Shown piece by piece: positions 8,639 through 18,514 of a stretch of DNA of 54,670 nt. The stretch is from Candidatus Falkowbacteria bacterium (GTDB lineage: Bacteria > Patescibacteriota > Patescibacteriia > Patescibacteriales > UBA12465): NCBI GenBank assembly GCA_009995495.1, contig JAACPL010000008.1, forward strand, positions 1 to 54,670, read 5' to 3'. The first letter of the stretch is position 1. Each line of letters starts with the position of its first letter. Made by a program: the position numbers and the translations under genes. Below the pieces are notes generated by a model. It had not been told where the DNA came from and did no database searches. It saw only the letters and a program-made list of their open reading frames with translations.

Positions 8639-11149
8639 TTAAACTGCTCGGCGCTTAATTTCTGCTTCAACTAATTTTGAATTTTGACCATATTTTAAAC
8701 GACTAAGAGCCTTAATTCTTTCAGCCATCTGGGGATGTTTAGTTCCTAAAAGAGGCCAAATTCCTTTAAGCGTAAAGGGTCGAGTTGAACTATTGTCGAC
8801 CAATAACTTAATACAGGACATCCCCTTTTCAATATTAACTAAATCATATTCATTGAAAGTCGGAGCAAAATCTTTAATTAAAAAAGCAGCGTCATCAGAG
8901 CCAACTTTAAAACTAATCATGGTGCCAACGTTACCAAAAATTGCGTCTTTAATTTCAGTGTTATTATTTTTTGTTAGCTGACCGATGTACTGATGAGCAA
9001 TAATTAAATTAAGAGCATATTTTCTTGCCTCTGATAAAATCTGGCAAATTGAATTGGTTGTAAAATTTTGAAACTCATCGATATAAAGATAAAAATCTTT
9101 TCTATCTTCTGGCTTTATATCAGTTCTTGATAAAGAGGCCATTAAAATTTTACCAACCAAAATCATACCAAGTAAATAAGCATTCATCTCGCCAATTAAA
9201 CCTTTAGGTAAATCAATTAACAATATTTTTTGCTTGTCCATCACATCACGCATATTAAAAGAACTTTTTTGCTGGCCAATAATCGGACGCATCATGTCAT
9301 TAGAGATAAAAGCTGTTAGCTTAGAGGTGATATAAGGCACCATATTAGCTAAGGCCGCCTCACCGCCAGCCTTTTCCGCTTCTTTAGTCCAAAAATCAAC
9401 CACGGTCTGATTTTTACATTTACTAATTTTTAATCTTCTAAAATTTTCATCAGCTAAAACTTTTGAAATTTCCATTAAAGTTGAACCGCTTTCAATATCA
9501 TCCATTACCAACATCATCGCATTACGCATATATTGCTCAAACATCGGGCCTCCAGTTGCTTTTAAGTCATATAATTTATCAAAAATTCCAATCATTTCAT
9601 TGATAACAAAACCTTTTTGTTCTGGATAAGCGGGATCATAGTCAAGTAAATTAAGTCCCAGTGGTCTTTCTGTATCAGCTGGAGAAAAAATAATAACATC
9701 TTCAGCTCGTTCTGGCGGAATTCTATCTAAAATATCTTGAATTAAATCACCATTAGGATCAATAACACAAACTCCTTCCCCGTTTTGAATATCTTGAATT
9801 GCCATGTTATTTAAGGTGACAGACTTACCGGTTCCAGATTTACCAACTAAATAAGTATGACGACGTCTATCCTGTCTCTTAATCCTTATTTCTTTTTTAA
9901 CTCCACGATAAACGTTAGTGCCGAGCATAATACCTTCAGTTGGAACATCGGCTGGAGCTGGAGCAATCTTTGAAGTAAGCCATAAAATATTTGGTGTTTC
10001 TGTTGATTTTAGAGGAAAATGAAAAAGACTAGTTAACTCTTCAGTGTTTAAAAGAAAACTATGACTTTCGTTAAAACGACGATAAATAAAATCCGATATT
10101 TGTTTATCTAACGCTTGTTTTTTAGTATTTAAGCGAACCAAAACATTACCATAGCTAAAGTTACTGTATTCTGAAAAAGAATTACTTAAATTATCAAGAT
10201 AAATAGAAGCCTTTTCCTTGCTTTTAGTGCAACTAATAATTCTGATATTAACGTTAAGGCCGGCTTTAGCATTTTTTTCTTCAATATGTTTAACCATCTC
10301 CTCTTCAACTACGGTTAGTTTTTTTATTTCCTTCGGACTAGCATCAGGTTTTTTTGATGGAGCAAAGTAATCAAAAACTAACCCTAAAGATTTTAAAAAT
10401 TGAGCGCCTGGATTTGTCATCTTTATTCCTATAGAAATTGAGCCACTTTTATTAATATTTTCTACAACTTTTCTAATTCGTTTATGCCAAGAACCAAAAG
10501 CGCTTCTGACAACATATTGAATTACTAAGCTTTCATCCTTATCAAGTTTAGATAAAACATTAATCAAAGAATTCATCGGATCAGTCCCCATCTCCTTATA
10601 AGTTTTAATCGGAAAAATAAAGTCTCTTTTAGTTTTTAAATAAGCTGCCATTACTTGGCTATCTGGTTTAAAAATATTGTAATCTTCAACTTCATCAATG
10701 ACCGCTTCAGGATAGTTAGCATGAATTTGTTGCTCAATATAACGAGCATCTTTTTCTGGGGTAATAACATAAAAAGCAATTTTATTGGAGAGGGCGACAA
10801 TTTCAAAAGAAAAATGATCATCTCGACCAAAAAGCCAATGATTAAAACCTCTTTGTGCCTTAAGTCCACCGATTGAGGCAAAAATAGTTTCACCCTTAGC
10901 AATCTCTTCGATTAACTGTTGAACAGAAAAATCTTTTTTATCATCTTCTGGCTTTTCTTTTGGTAATTTAACTAAAAAAACCTTATGTTTAAAATAACGA
11001 GTTCCAGTCAAATATTTTCTCATTATTCGCAAGATTAAAAAAACTAAAAAGATAAAAGCTAGAAAAAAAATCAGCATCACCAAAATAGGCTCAAAATTAA
11101 AATTACTTTGATTTATTAAATTTAAATCCGCTGTACTTAAGTCTTGCAT
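8639..11149 (-). CDS. TraD/TrwB/VirD4-like (HerA-FtsK superfamily) ATPase with N-terminal TM, CPR type
   Basis: RRRHTYLVGKSGTGKS Walker A, VIDPNGDL, LYIDEFQNF Walker B, LSEARKY, AHQYIGQL. Confidence 0.85.
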   Translation of the reverse strand: MQDLSTADLNLINQSNFNFEPILVMLIFFLAFIFLVFLILRIMRKYLTGTRYFKHKVFLVKLPKEKPEDDKKDFSVQQLIEEIAKGETIFASIGGLKAQRGFNHWLFGRDDHFSFEIVALSNKIAFYVITPEKDARYIEQQIHANYPEAVIDEVEDYNIFKPDSQVMAAYLKTKRDFIFPIKTYKEMGTDPMNSLINVLSKLDKDESLVIQYVVRSAFGSWHKRIRKVVENINKSGSISIGIKMTNPGAQFLKSLGLVFDYFAPSKKPDASPKEIKKLTVVEEEMVKHIEEKNAKAGLNVNIRIISCTKSKEKASIYLDNLSNSFSEYSNFSYGNVLVRLNTKKQALDKQISDFIYRRFNESHSFLLNTEELTSLFHFPLKSTETPNILWLTSKIAPAPADVPTEGIMLGTNVYRGVKKEIRIKRQDRRRHTYLVGKSGTGKSVTLNNMAIQDIQNGEGVCVIDPNGDLIQDILDRIPPERAEDVIIFSPADTERPLGLNLLDYDPAYPEQKGFVINEMIGIFDKLYDLKATGGPMFEQYMRNAMMLVMDDIESGSTLMEISKVLADENFRRLKISKCKNQTVVDFWTKEAEKAGGEAALANMVPYITSKLTAFISNDMMRPIIGQQKSSFNMRDVMDKQKILLIDLPKGLIGEMNAYLLGMILVGKILMASLSRTDIKPEDRKDFYLYIDEFQNFTTNSICQILSEARKYALNLIIAHQYIGQLTKNNNTEIKDAIFGNVGTMISFKVGSDDAAFLIKDFAPTFNEYDLVNIEKGMSCIKLLVDNSSTRPFTLKGIWPLLGTKHPQMAERIKALSRLKYGQNSKLVEAEIKRRAV

Positions 11150-11155
11150 AAAGCC

Positions 11156-11719
11156 TTAAAAATTATTTTTCATTTTTATTATCTTATCAACTTTTAATTT
11201 TGTTTCTTGCTCTAAAAAGAATTTATTAACTCCGGGAATAAGTTTAAGCCATTTTTTAATTAACTCAACTATTTTATTAACACTAACCAGCGTTTCATTT
11301 AGAAGTAGGCTAATTTTTTTTACCGTTTCTTCGCCCTTAATTTTAAATTCTTTTTGTTTAACAGGGGTCATTTTCAAAAAAATATCACCGAGACCATCAG
11401 CTAAAATTTTATCAATTTCTTCTTCCCTTCTTTTTTGTATTGCTGTAGTTGAACTTTGAGCTGATAAGCCAGATAATTCAATCACTTTTTTTTCCGGAAC
11501 TATAACTTTAGCGTTTTCTTCTTTTTCTACTTTATTTAAGTCTATCGCTTTTTCAGATTCAGAACTTAGATTAACTGTATCTTTTTCAAGCTCAAGGCCT
11601 TTAGTTTTTAATTCGACTACAATCTCATTCTTATTCTTAGAAATAACAGATTTCGTTGCTTCAGCTGTTAGTAACTGAATATCATCTAAATCAATTTTCT
11701 CTAATTTTTCATCTTTCAT
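11156..11719 (-). CDS. Hypothetical protein, co-oriented with the coupling-protein-like ATPase
   Basis: 187-aa ORF; charged N-terminus and helical C-terminal WLKLIPGVNKFFLEQE..K.D block; 6 nt from the next gene. Confidence 0.7.
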   Translation of the reverse strand: MKDEKLEKIDLDDIQLLTAEATKSVISKNKNEIVVELKTKGLELEKDTVNLSSESEKAIDLNKVEKEENAKVIVPEKKVIELSGLSAQSSTTAIQKRREEEIDKILADGLGDIFLKMTPVKQKEFKIKGEETVKKISLLLNETLVSVNKIVELIKKWLKLIPGVNKFFLEQETKLKVDKIIKMKNNF

Positions 11720-11760
11720 ATTGTTTTGTTCAACTATCTATCTATAAATTAAATAATAAT

Positions 11761-11934
11761 TTATTTAACCGAGATTGCTCCGACCGGACAATCTTTAGCC
11801 GCTTCTTTAGCTAGGGCGTTTACTGTCTGAGAAATAGCTTCTGCCTTACCATTAGAGTTTATAACAAAATTTTCTGGCGAATTACCAGCACAAAGACCGC
11901 AGCCAATGCATTTTTCCTGATCTACTTTAATCAT
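11761..11934 (-). CDS. Ferredoxin, single [4Fe-4S]/[3Fe-4S] cluster type, 57 aa (not in ORF track)
   Basis: Hand translation MIKVDQEKCIGCGLCAGNSPENFVINSNGKAEAISQTVNALAKEAAKDCPVGAISVK*: CxxCxxC plus distal CP. Confidence 0.92.
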   Translation of the reverse strand: MIKVDQEKCIGCGLCAGNSPENFVINSNGKAEAISQTVNALAKEAAKDCPVGAISVK

Positions 11935-12087
11935 AAAATTTAAAAAGAAACTTAAAACTGAGTGTTTTTTTAAGTTCTGTATAATAAATATAAATTAATA
12001 TTTTACATATTTATTATAACACATTTGAAAAAAAATAAAACCATTTTAGCTTTAAAAATAAGCTAAATTTAGGCTTTTTACAAACAG

Positions 12088-12116
12088 TTGACAATTATTT
12101 AAGCTTTTGTTATATT
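12088..12116 (+). promoter_or_regulatory. Sigma70-type promoter of rpmA
   Basis: TTGACA-17 nt-TATATT with TG extension. Confidence 0.7.
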
Positions 12117-12185
12117 TAATCAGTAAGAACTAAAATCTAATTCAAAATATTAGCCTTTTTGGCTTTATTTTGTTAATGAAAACAT

Positions 12186-12629
12186 ATGGCACATAAGAAA
12201 GCCGCCGGTTCTACCTCCCTCGGACGAGATTCAGCGGGTAAAAGATTAGGCGTTAAACTCGGTGAAGGCTCTTGGGCTAAAACCGGAATGATTATTATCA
12301 GACAAAGAGGAACTAAGTATCACCCTGGCTTAAATGTTAAAAAGGGCAAAGATGATACACTTTTTTCAATGGCAAACGGTTTTGTTAAATTTTCTAATAA
12401 GAAAATGAGAAAGTTCAATAATACTTTAAAAGATTGCGCAATTGTTAATGTTTTGCCTGAATTTAAAGGAAGGGTTAAGCCAGTAACAGCGGTTTTGAAA
12501 AAGAAAACCCCAATGAAAAAACCAGGTAAAACTGTTAGAGTTTCTGTTAAGAAGAGTAAAATTAAAATTAGAGCCGCTAAAAGAATTGCTACTAGAGCTG
12601 AGAAAAAAATTAAACCAGTTTCTAAGTAA
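12186..12629 (+). CDS. rpmA: 50S ribosomal protein L27 with Lys-rich C-terminal extension
   Basis: [43 protein letters not shown]. Confidence 0.97.
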   Translation: MAHKKAAGSTSLGRDSAGKRLGVKLGEGSWAKTGMIIIRQRGTKYHPGLNVKKGKDDTLFSMANGFVKFSNKKMRKFNNTLKDCAIVNVLPEFKGRVKPVTAVLKKKTPMKKPGKTVRVSVKKSKIKIRAAKRIATRAEKKIKPVSK

Positions 12630-12650
12630 TTTTTAAATACAAAAAAGAAT

Positions 12651-12689
12651 TACAAAAAAACCTTCATTTTCTTGAAGGTTTTTTTTGTA
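12651..12689. terminator. Bidirectional intrinsic terminator between rpmA and pyrG
   Basis: TACAAAAAAACCTTCA-TTTTCT-TGAAGGTTTTTTTTGTA between convergent genes. Confidence 0.85.
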
Positions 12690-12705
12690 GTTGATATAAG
12701 AGTTT

Positions 12706-14370
12706 CTATTTTTTCTTACAACTCTTAATAAACTCTAAAAATAAAGGGTGCGGAACTAAAGGCCGTGAAATATATTCTGGGTGAAATTGAACGCCAACAA
12801 AAAATGGATGATCTTTTATTTCAACCGCCTCAACAATTTTATTATCAGGCGAGGTTCCAGAAATTACTAAACCTAGATCTTCAAACATCTTTCGATATTC
12901 ATTATTAAACTCATAACGATGACGGTGACGTTCGCTAACAGTTTTCTTCGCCCCCATTTTTTTATAAGCTTCTTCTAGACGAGTTCCAGATTTTAAAGCA
13001 CAAGGCCAGCCGCCAAGACGAATTGTGCCGCCATAACCTTTTTTCTTAATCAATTCAACTTGTTCCGGCATAATATGAATTACTGGATTTTTCGTCTTAT
13101 TATCAACTTCAGCGGAATTAGCATCCTTTAAACCAGCGACATTTCTCGCAAATTCAATCACAGCCATTTGCATTCCGTAGCAAAGACCAAAATAAGGAAC
13201 TTTATTTTCACGACAATATTTTATTGCTTTTATTTTACCCTCTGAGCCACGACTACCCCAACCCTGAGGAATAATGATTCCATCATAAGGTTTTAGGTAA
13301 TTTACACCTTTTATTTCAACTTCTTCAGCTGAAAGCCAGGTTATCTCAACTTTAACCTTATTAGCTGCGGCTGAATGTTTTATTGCCTCTAAGACAGAGA
13401 TATAGGAATCACCAAGTGAAAAATCACCGCTAGCAAAATATTTACCAACAATCCCAATTTTAACAACTGGATCTTTAATTTTTGAATTCTTAACCATTTG
13501 CTTCCAGTCATCGTTAGCTAAAACTTTTTTTCTGACAGGTAAATTTAATTTTTCTAAAATTCTTAAACTTAAATTATCTTTTTCAAAATTTAAAGGAATA
13601 TCATAGATAGAATCAATATCAGGAGCGGAAATAACGGCTTCTGATGAAACATTACAATTAATAGATAGTTTTTCTTTACGGGCCAAATCAAGCGGTCTCT
13701 CACTTCTAGCAACTAAAAAGTCTGGTTGAATACCGGCGGCTTGCAAATTTCTAACCGCATGTTGAGTTGGTTTTGTTTTCATCTCCCCTAATTTACTAGG
13801 AATTGGTAAAAAAGAAACCATCACGAATAAAACATCTTTTGGACTATAAAGTTTCATGACTCTAGCAGCCTCTAAAAATAAAAGATTTTCGTATTCACCA
13901 ACAGTACCACCGATTTCAATTATCATTATTTCGGCGCTAGTTTTTTCTACAGCCACATCAATTCTTCTTCTTATTTCTTGGGGAATATGAGGAACAACCT
14001 GAACACATTTACCTTTATATTCTAAATTTCTTTCTTTTTCAATCACCGTTCGGTAAATTCGACCGGTCGTCATGTAATTTTCCCGATAAATATTTTTATT
14101 TAAAAATCTCTCATAATTACCAATGTCTTGATCAGTTTCATCGCCATCTTCAGTTACAAAAACTTCACCGTGTTCAATTGGATTCATTGTTCCAGCATCT
14201 ACATTAATATAAGGATCCATTTTTATTGCACTAACATTATATCCGCGAGCTTGTAAAATATTTCCGATTGAGGCGGTCGTTACTCCCTTACCAACCCCCG
14301 ACATCACTCCGCCAACGACAAAGATATATTTAGGGTTATTGGCCTTAATTGAAATTATTTTTTTAGGCAT
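12706..14370 (-). CDS. pyrG: CTP synthase
   Basis: GGVMSGVGKG, KMDPYINVDAGTMNP, KTKPTQH, GLCYGMQ, HRHRYE, QFHPE; likely start MPKK at 14370. Confidence 0.98.
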   Translation of the reverse strand: MPKKIISIKANNPKYIFVVGGVMSGVGKGVTTASIGNILQARGYNVSAIKMDPYINVDAGTMNPIEHGEVFVTEDGDETDQDIGNYERFLNKNIYRENYMTTGRIYRTVIEKERNLEYKGKCVQVVPHIPQEIRRRIDVAVEKTSAEIMIIEIGGTVGEYENLLFLEAARVMKLYSPKDVLFVMVSFLPIPSKLGEMKTKPTQHAVRNLQAAGIQPDFLVARSERPLDLARKEKLSINCNVSSEAVISAPDIDSIYDIPLNFEKDNLSLRILEKLNLPVRKKVLANDDWKQMVKNSKIKDPVVKIGIVGKYFASGDFSLGDSYISVLEAIKHSAAANKVKVEITWLSAEEVEIKGVNYLKPYDGIIIPQGWGSRGSEGKIKAIKYCRENKVPYFGLCYGMQMAVIEFARNVAGLKDANSAEVDNKTKNPVIHIMPEQVELIKKKGYGGTIRLGGWPCALKSGTRLEEAYKKMGAKKTVSERHRHRYEFNNEYRKMFEDLGLVISGTSPDNKIVEAVEIKDHPFFVGVQFHPEYISRPLVPHPLFLEFIKSCKKK

Positions 14371-14392
14371 AGAATTTTTTCTTATATTTAAA

Positions 14393-15661
14393 TTATTTTT
14401 TAATAATTTCCAAGGCTTTATCCATTTGTGGATCAAGATCATTATTTACATCTTCAACACTTAACTCAACCTCAATATTTGGATCAATTCCCTTTTCATC
14501 AATAGAATCGCCAGCCGGGGTTAACCATTTAGAGATAGTAACCTTTAAAATAGAGCCGTCACTTAATGGTTTTAAAGCCTGGACCGAACCTTTACCAAAA
14601 GTTGTTTCACCAACTAAAGTTGCTTTTCTATAATCTCTTAAAGCTCCAGCTAAAATTTCTGAGGCTGAAGCGCTACCACCATTAACTAAAATCACAGTTT
14701 TAAAGTCTTTTAATCGAGCTAGACCACGAGCAGGATATTCATTACGACGATTGTTATTTAATTGTTCAGCCACAATTACCCCATCCTCTATCCATTCACT
14801 TGCAATATTAATCGCTGTATCTAAATAGCCGCCTGGATTATTTCTTAAGTCTAAAATTATACCCCTTGGTTGTTTTACTAAAATATCATCAACCGCCTGC
14901 TTAAATAGAAGCTCGGTATCATCATTAAAATTACTAAGACGCAAAACATAAACACCATCCGCTCGCATCTCTGTTTTTACACTTTTAACAACAATTACTC
15001 CCCGGATAATCTCCACATCAAAAGGCTTCTCATCGCCTCTAATAATTGTTAATTTTACCTTTGTGTCCTTCTCTCCTCTAATTTTTCTAACGACCTCAGT
15101 AATTGTTAAACCAATTGTTGGGGCATCATCAACGGCGTAAATTTTGTCGCCAGATCTTAACCCAGCTTTTTGAGCTGGAGTATCATCAAGCGGAGCAATA
15201 ACAGTGGTAATATCATTTCTCAAACCAATCTCAGCACCAATTCCTTCAAAAGTTCCGGCTAAATCATCACTAAATTCTTTGGTCTCAACCGGATCCATGA
15301 AAATCGTATAAGGATCCCCAGTTGACTCAGCTATACCTCTTAAAGAGCCATAAAATAAATCCTTATCTTCAATTTTATTTTTATCAACATAGTTTGTTTT
15401 AACATTATCCCAAACTTCCCAATACAAATTAAAATCAAGTTTTTCCTCTTCCACCACTTCGTCTTCCCCATAATAAGCAACTGAGCGAAAAGGATCAGCT
15501 TGATTGTTTAAACCAAAATAAAAACCGCCAGCAAAAATTAAAACAGCTAAAACTAAGGTTGGAACTATTTTTTTTGAATAATTAGAATTGCAGCTAGATT
15601 TTTCCTCGAGATTCTTGGCATCTTCGTAGCCCTGATCAAAATCATTATTTAAAGTATTCAT
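14393..15661 (-). CDS. ctpA: Carboxy-terminal processing protease, S41A family
   Basis: TM anchor, PDZ (GIGAEI, TPAQKAGLRSGD), DLRNNPGG, SASASE, TFGKGSVQ. Confidence 0.93.
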   Translation of the reverse strand: MNTLNNDFDQGYEDAKNLEEKSSCNSNYSKKIVPTLVLAVLIFAGGFYFGLNNQADPFRSVAYYGEDEVVEEEKLDFNLYWEVWDNVKTNYVDKNKIEDKDLFYGSLRGIAESTGDPYTIFMDPVETKEFSDDLAGTFEGIGAEIGLRNDITTVIAPLDDTPAQKAGLRSGDKIYAVDDAPTIGLTITEVVRKIRGEKDTKVKLTIIRGDEKPFDVEIIRGVIVVKSVKTEMRADGVYVLRLSNFNDDTELLFKQAVDDILVKQPRGIILDLRNNPGGYLDTAINIASEWIEDGVIVAEQLNNNRRNEYPARGLARLKDFKTVILVNGGSASASEILAGALRDYRKATLVGETTFGKGSVQALKPLSDGSILKVTISKWLTPAGDSIDEKGIDPNIEVELSVEDVNNDLDPQMDKALEIIKK

Positions 15662-15779
15662 AGATTTATATTTATTAATTTAATAACAGGCTCTTAAGCC
15701 TCACCTAAACCTTTAATCATTTTAATCAAAAAATGACTTTTAAGCAAATCGCAAGACAATTCTAGCACTTTTATTGTCT

Positions 15780-16298
15780 TTAATAAATAAAAGGGATAAT
15801 TGTTTTAAATGCTTTTGGAAGTAATGGCAAAATAATATTATTTACACCGAGTAAAAACTTAGCAATGCTTGAGACTTCAATTAAGTTGGTTATTGATCCG
15901 CCAAAGTTTAAATACCGAGAAAGAATATAAATAATTGCCCCTAAAAATAAAGAGCCTAAAATAAAACCAAAAACAGCCCCCAATAGATTATTAATTAATT
16001 TTGTTCCAGGAATAAAGGCAGCGAGCTTGAAAACTTTTTCCAAAAAAACAAAAAGTAATTCAACTAGTTTAGAGATTAATAAAAGCAGAATAATAAAAGA
16101 AATTATTTTTAAAATATTTTCTTGCCCAGAAACATAATTAGAACCCCATTCATAAAATGGTAAATAAAGACGACTAGCAAAGAAAATTCCTAAAATAAAG
16201 GCTAAAATTGCTCCAATCATTTTTATCAAACCTCTGAAAAGGCCATTGATGGCAAAACCTAGTAAAACTAAGATTAAACTTAAATCAAAAATGCTCAT
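15780..16298 (-). CDS. CvpA-family membrane protein
   Basis: IFDLSLILVLLGFAINGLFRGLI start, NNLLGAVFG motif, four TM segments. Confidence 0.8.
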   Translation of the reverse strand: MSIFDLSLILVLLGFAINGLFRGLIKMIGAILAFILGIFFASRLYLPFYEWGSNYVSGQENILKIISFIILLLLISKLVELLFVFLEKVFKLAAFIPGTKLINNLLGAVFGFILGSLFLGAIIYILSRYLNFGGSITNLIEVSSIAKFLLGVNNIILPLLPKAFKTIIPFIY

Positions 16299-16309
16299 AT
16301 ATTTTAATT

Positions 16310-17773
16310 TTATTTATCATCATTTTTCAGCTTTTGCAGGCGAGGAAAAAGTGGGGGTAATTTTTTAATCTTATTTTCTAAAAAAGCTTCTTTAATTTTT
16401 CCAGCACTTTCTGGAATAAAAGGTTCTAATAAATAAGCTAGGTTTAAAATTGTTTGGGCAATTGGTTTAAGACTTTTAACCACATCATCCTTATTTTCCA
16501 TCTTCCAAGGAGTTTCTTTACTTAAAATCTCATCACAAGCTTTAATTTTTGCCCAAATAAGTTGCAAACATTCATTAAACTTATAAACAGAAAATAGATT
16601 TTCAAAATCAATGACTAAGTTTTTTACTGAATCATCTTCTAAATCAACTTTTAAGCCAGTGATAATTTCATTTTTTTCTAATAAATTAGAAACCCGAGCG
16701 CTTAAATTACCAATCCCATTAGCCAAATCAGCGTTGTAACGATCAAAAAATTTTTCTAAAGAATAATCTCCATCCTCAAAGGGCGGAATTTCCGCTAATA
16801 AATAATAACGAAGAGCATCAGCTCCAAATTTATCAACCAGCTCGTAAGGGCTAACCCCATTACCAGCACTTTTACTTATTTTTTTTCCATTAACAGTTAA
16901 AAAACCAAAAACTAAAATCTGTTTTGAATTACTAATATCAGCTGACATTAACATCGCCTGCCACATCGCTGCTTGTGGTCTTAAATTATCTTTACCACAA
17001 ACCTGAATTCCTGGCCAAAAATTTTTAAAATCATCAGAATTTTCAGGCCAACCTAGAGTCGAAATGTAATTTACTAAAGCATCAAACCAAACATACATTA
17101 CCTGAGTATCATCTTGAGGAACAGGAACGCCGTTTGGCATTTTCTCTTTAAGACGAGAAATACTGAAATCTTGTAGACCTCTTTTGACAAAAGACTTTAT
17201 CTCTTTTAAACGACTTTCTGGTTTAACAAAATTAGGATTAGATTCGTAAAGTGCTAATAATTTTTCACCATAATTAGAAAAACGAAAAAAATAATTTTCT
17301 TCATTGATAATTTCTAGTTCTTTACTGGGGTGAAGTGGGCAAAAACCATTTTCAAGCTCGGAGTCAGTTTTTTCCATTTCACAACCAATGCAATATTTTA
17401 TTTGATAAGCTTTTTTATAAATATCTCCCTTAGCTTCACAGCGTCGCCAAAATTCCTGAGCGGCTTTTTGGTGATTTTTATCAGTTGTTCTAATAAAATT
17501 AGTATAGCTTAAATTTAATTTTTCTTTTAAAGGTAAAAATAAGCCTGAATTTTTATCACAAAATTCTTGAACCGATAAACCTGATTCTTGAGCTTTTTGA
17601 AAAATCTTTAAACCATGTTCATCGGTACCAGTATTAAAAAAGACTTTAGAACCTCTTTGCGTCATATATCTAGCCACAACATCAGCTTTAATTATTTCTG
17701 CCGCAAAACCAATATGAGGGTCGGAATTAATATAAGGTAAGGTGGTGGTAATGTAAAAATTTTTATTTGACAT
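16310..17773 (-). CDS. metG: Methionine--tRNA ligase (short form)
   Basis: YITTTLPYIN..PHIG, TGTDEHGLK, YVWFDAL, KISKS. Confidence 0.97.
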   Translation of the reverse strand: MSNKNFYITTTLPYINSDPHIGFAAEIIKADVVARYMTQRGSKVFFNTGTDEHGLKIFQKAQESGLSVQEFCDKNSGLFLPLKEKLNLSYTNFIRTTDKNHQKAAQEFWRRCEAKGDIYKKAYQIKYCIGCEMEKTDSELENGFCPLHPSKELEIINEENYFFRFSNYGEKLLALYESNPNFVKPESRLKEIKSFVKRGLQDFSISRLKEKMPNGVPVPQDDTQVMYVWFDALVNYISTLGWPENSDDFKNFWPGIQVCGKDNLRPQAAMWQAMLMSADISNSKQILVFGFLTVNGKKISKSAGNGVSPYELVDKFGADALRYYLLAEIPPFEDGDYSLEKFFDRYNADLANGIGNLSARVSNLLEKNEIITGLKVDLEDDSVKNLVIDFENLFSVYKFNECLQLIWAKIKACDEILSKETPWKMENKDDVVKSLKPIAQTILNLAYLLEPFIPESAGKIKEAFLENKIKKLPPLFPRLQKLKNDDK

Positions 17774-17786
17774 TTTTTTTATAGCT

Positions 17787-17803
17787 AGAGGACTTAGTCC
17801 TCT
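17787..17803. repeat. Short perfect inverted repeat in the rsmI-metG spacer
   Basis: AGAGGACT-T-AGTCCTCT fills most of a 32-nt AT-rich spacer. Confidence 0.6.
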
Positions 17804-17805
17804 TT

Positions 17806-18510
17806 TTACTTTTTTAAATTTATTTTTTTAATCAGAACAACGAACTCTCCTTTTTGATTATTAGGGTGACTTAATAAAATTTCTTTAATCTTTTCTGGCG
17901 AGCCCTCATAAAAACTTTCATGCATCTTAGTTAATTCTCTTGCCAAAGAAATTTTTAATTCAATTTTAAACTCCAGGCTCATTATAGCAAGTTCCTCCAT
18001 CAATTTTAAGACTCGATGTTTTGATTCATAAAGAACGCTAGGATATTCAGATTTAAAAACTTCTTTTAACATTGTTTGTCTTCCCTTTTTATGAGGTAAA
18101 AAGCCTAAAAATAAAAAACGATCAAAGCCAGCCCCAGCAATAGAAATAGAGGCTGTTAAGGCCGAAACCCCAGGAACGCTCTCAATTAAAACTTGTTCAC
18201 CAATTTTCTCTCTAACTAAAGTAATTAATTTACTACCTGGATCAGAAACGCCAGGAGTGCCAGCATCAGTAATTAAAGCTAAATTTTTATTATCTTTTAA
18301 GAGATTAACTATTTTCTCAATTTTAATTTCGCCAGAATGTTGATGAAAAGAAATTGTTGGAGTTTTAATCTGATAATGATTTAAAAGCACGCCACTAGTC
18401 CTAGTGTCCTCACATAAAATATAATCAGCCTCCTTAAGAACTCTTAAAGCTCTTAAAGTTATATCTTCTAAATTACCAATTGGAGTCGCCACTATTCTTA
18501 AAACACTCAT
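17806..18510 (-). CDS. rsmI: 16S rRNA C1402 2'-O-methyltransferase
   Basis: VATPIGNLEDITLRA, CEDTR, DAGTPGVSDPG, RELTKMHE; likely start MSVL at 18510. Confidence 0.95.
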   Translation of the reverse strand: MSVLRIVATPIGNLEDITLRALRVLKEADYILCEDTRTSGVLLNHYQIKTPTISFHQHSGEIKIEKIVNLLKDNKNLALITDAGTPGVSDPGSKLITLVREKIGEQVLIESVPGVSALTASISIAGAGFDRFLFLGFLPHKKGRQTMLKEVFKSEYPSVLYESKHRVLKLMEELAIMSLEFKIELKISLARELTKMHESFYEGSPEKIKEILLSHPNNQKGEFVVLIKKINLKK

Positions 18511-18514
18511 ATAA

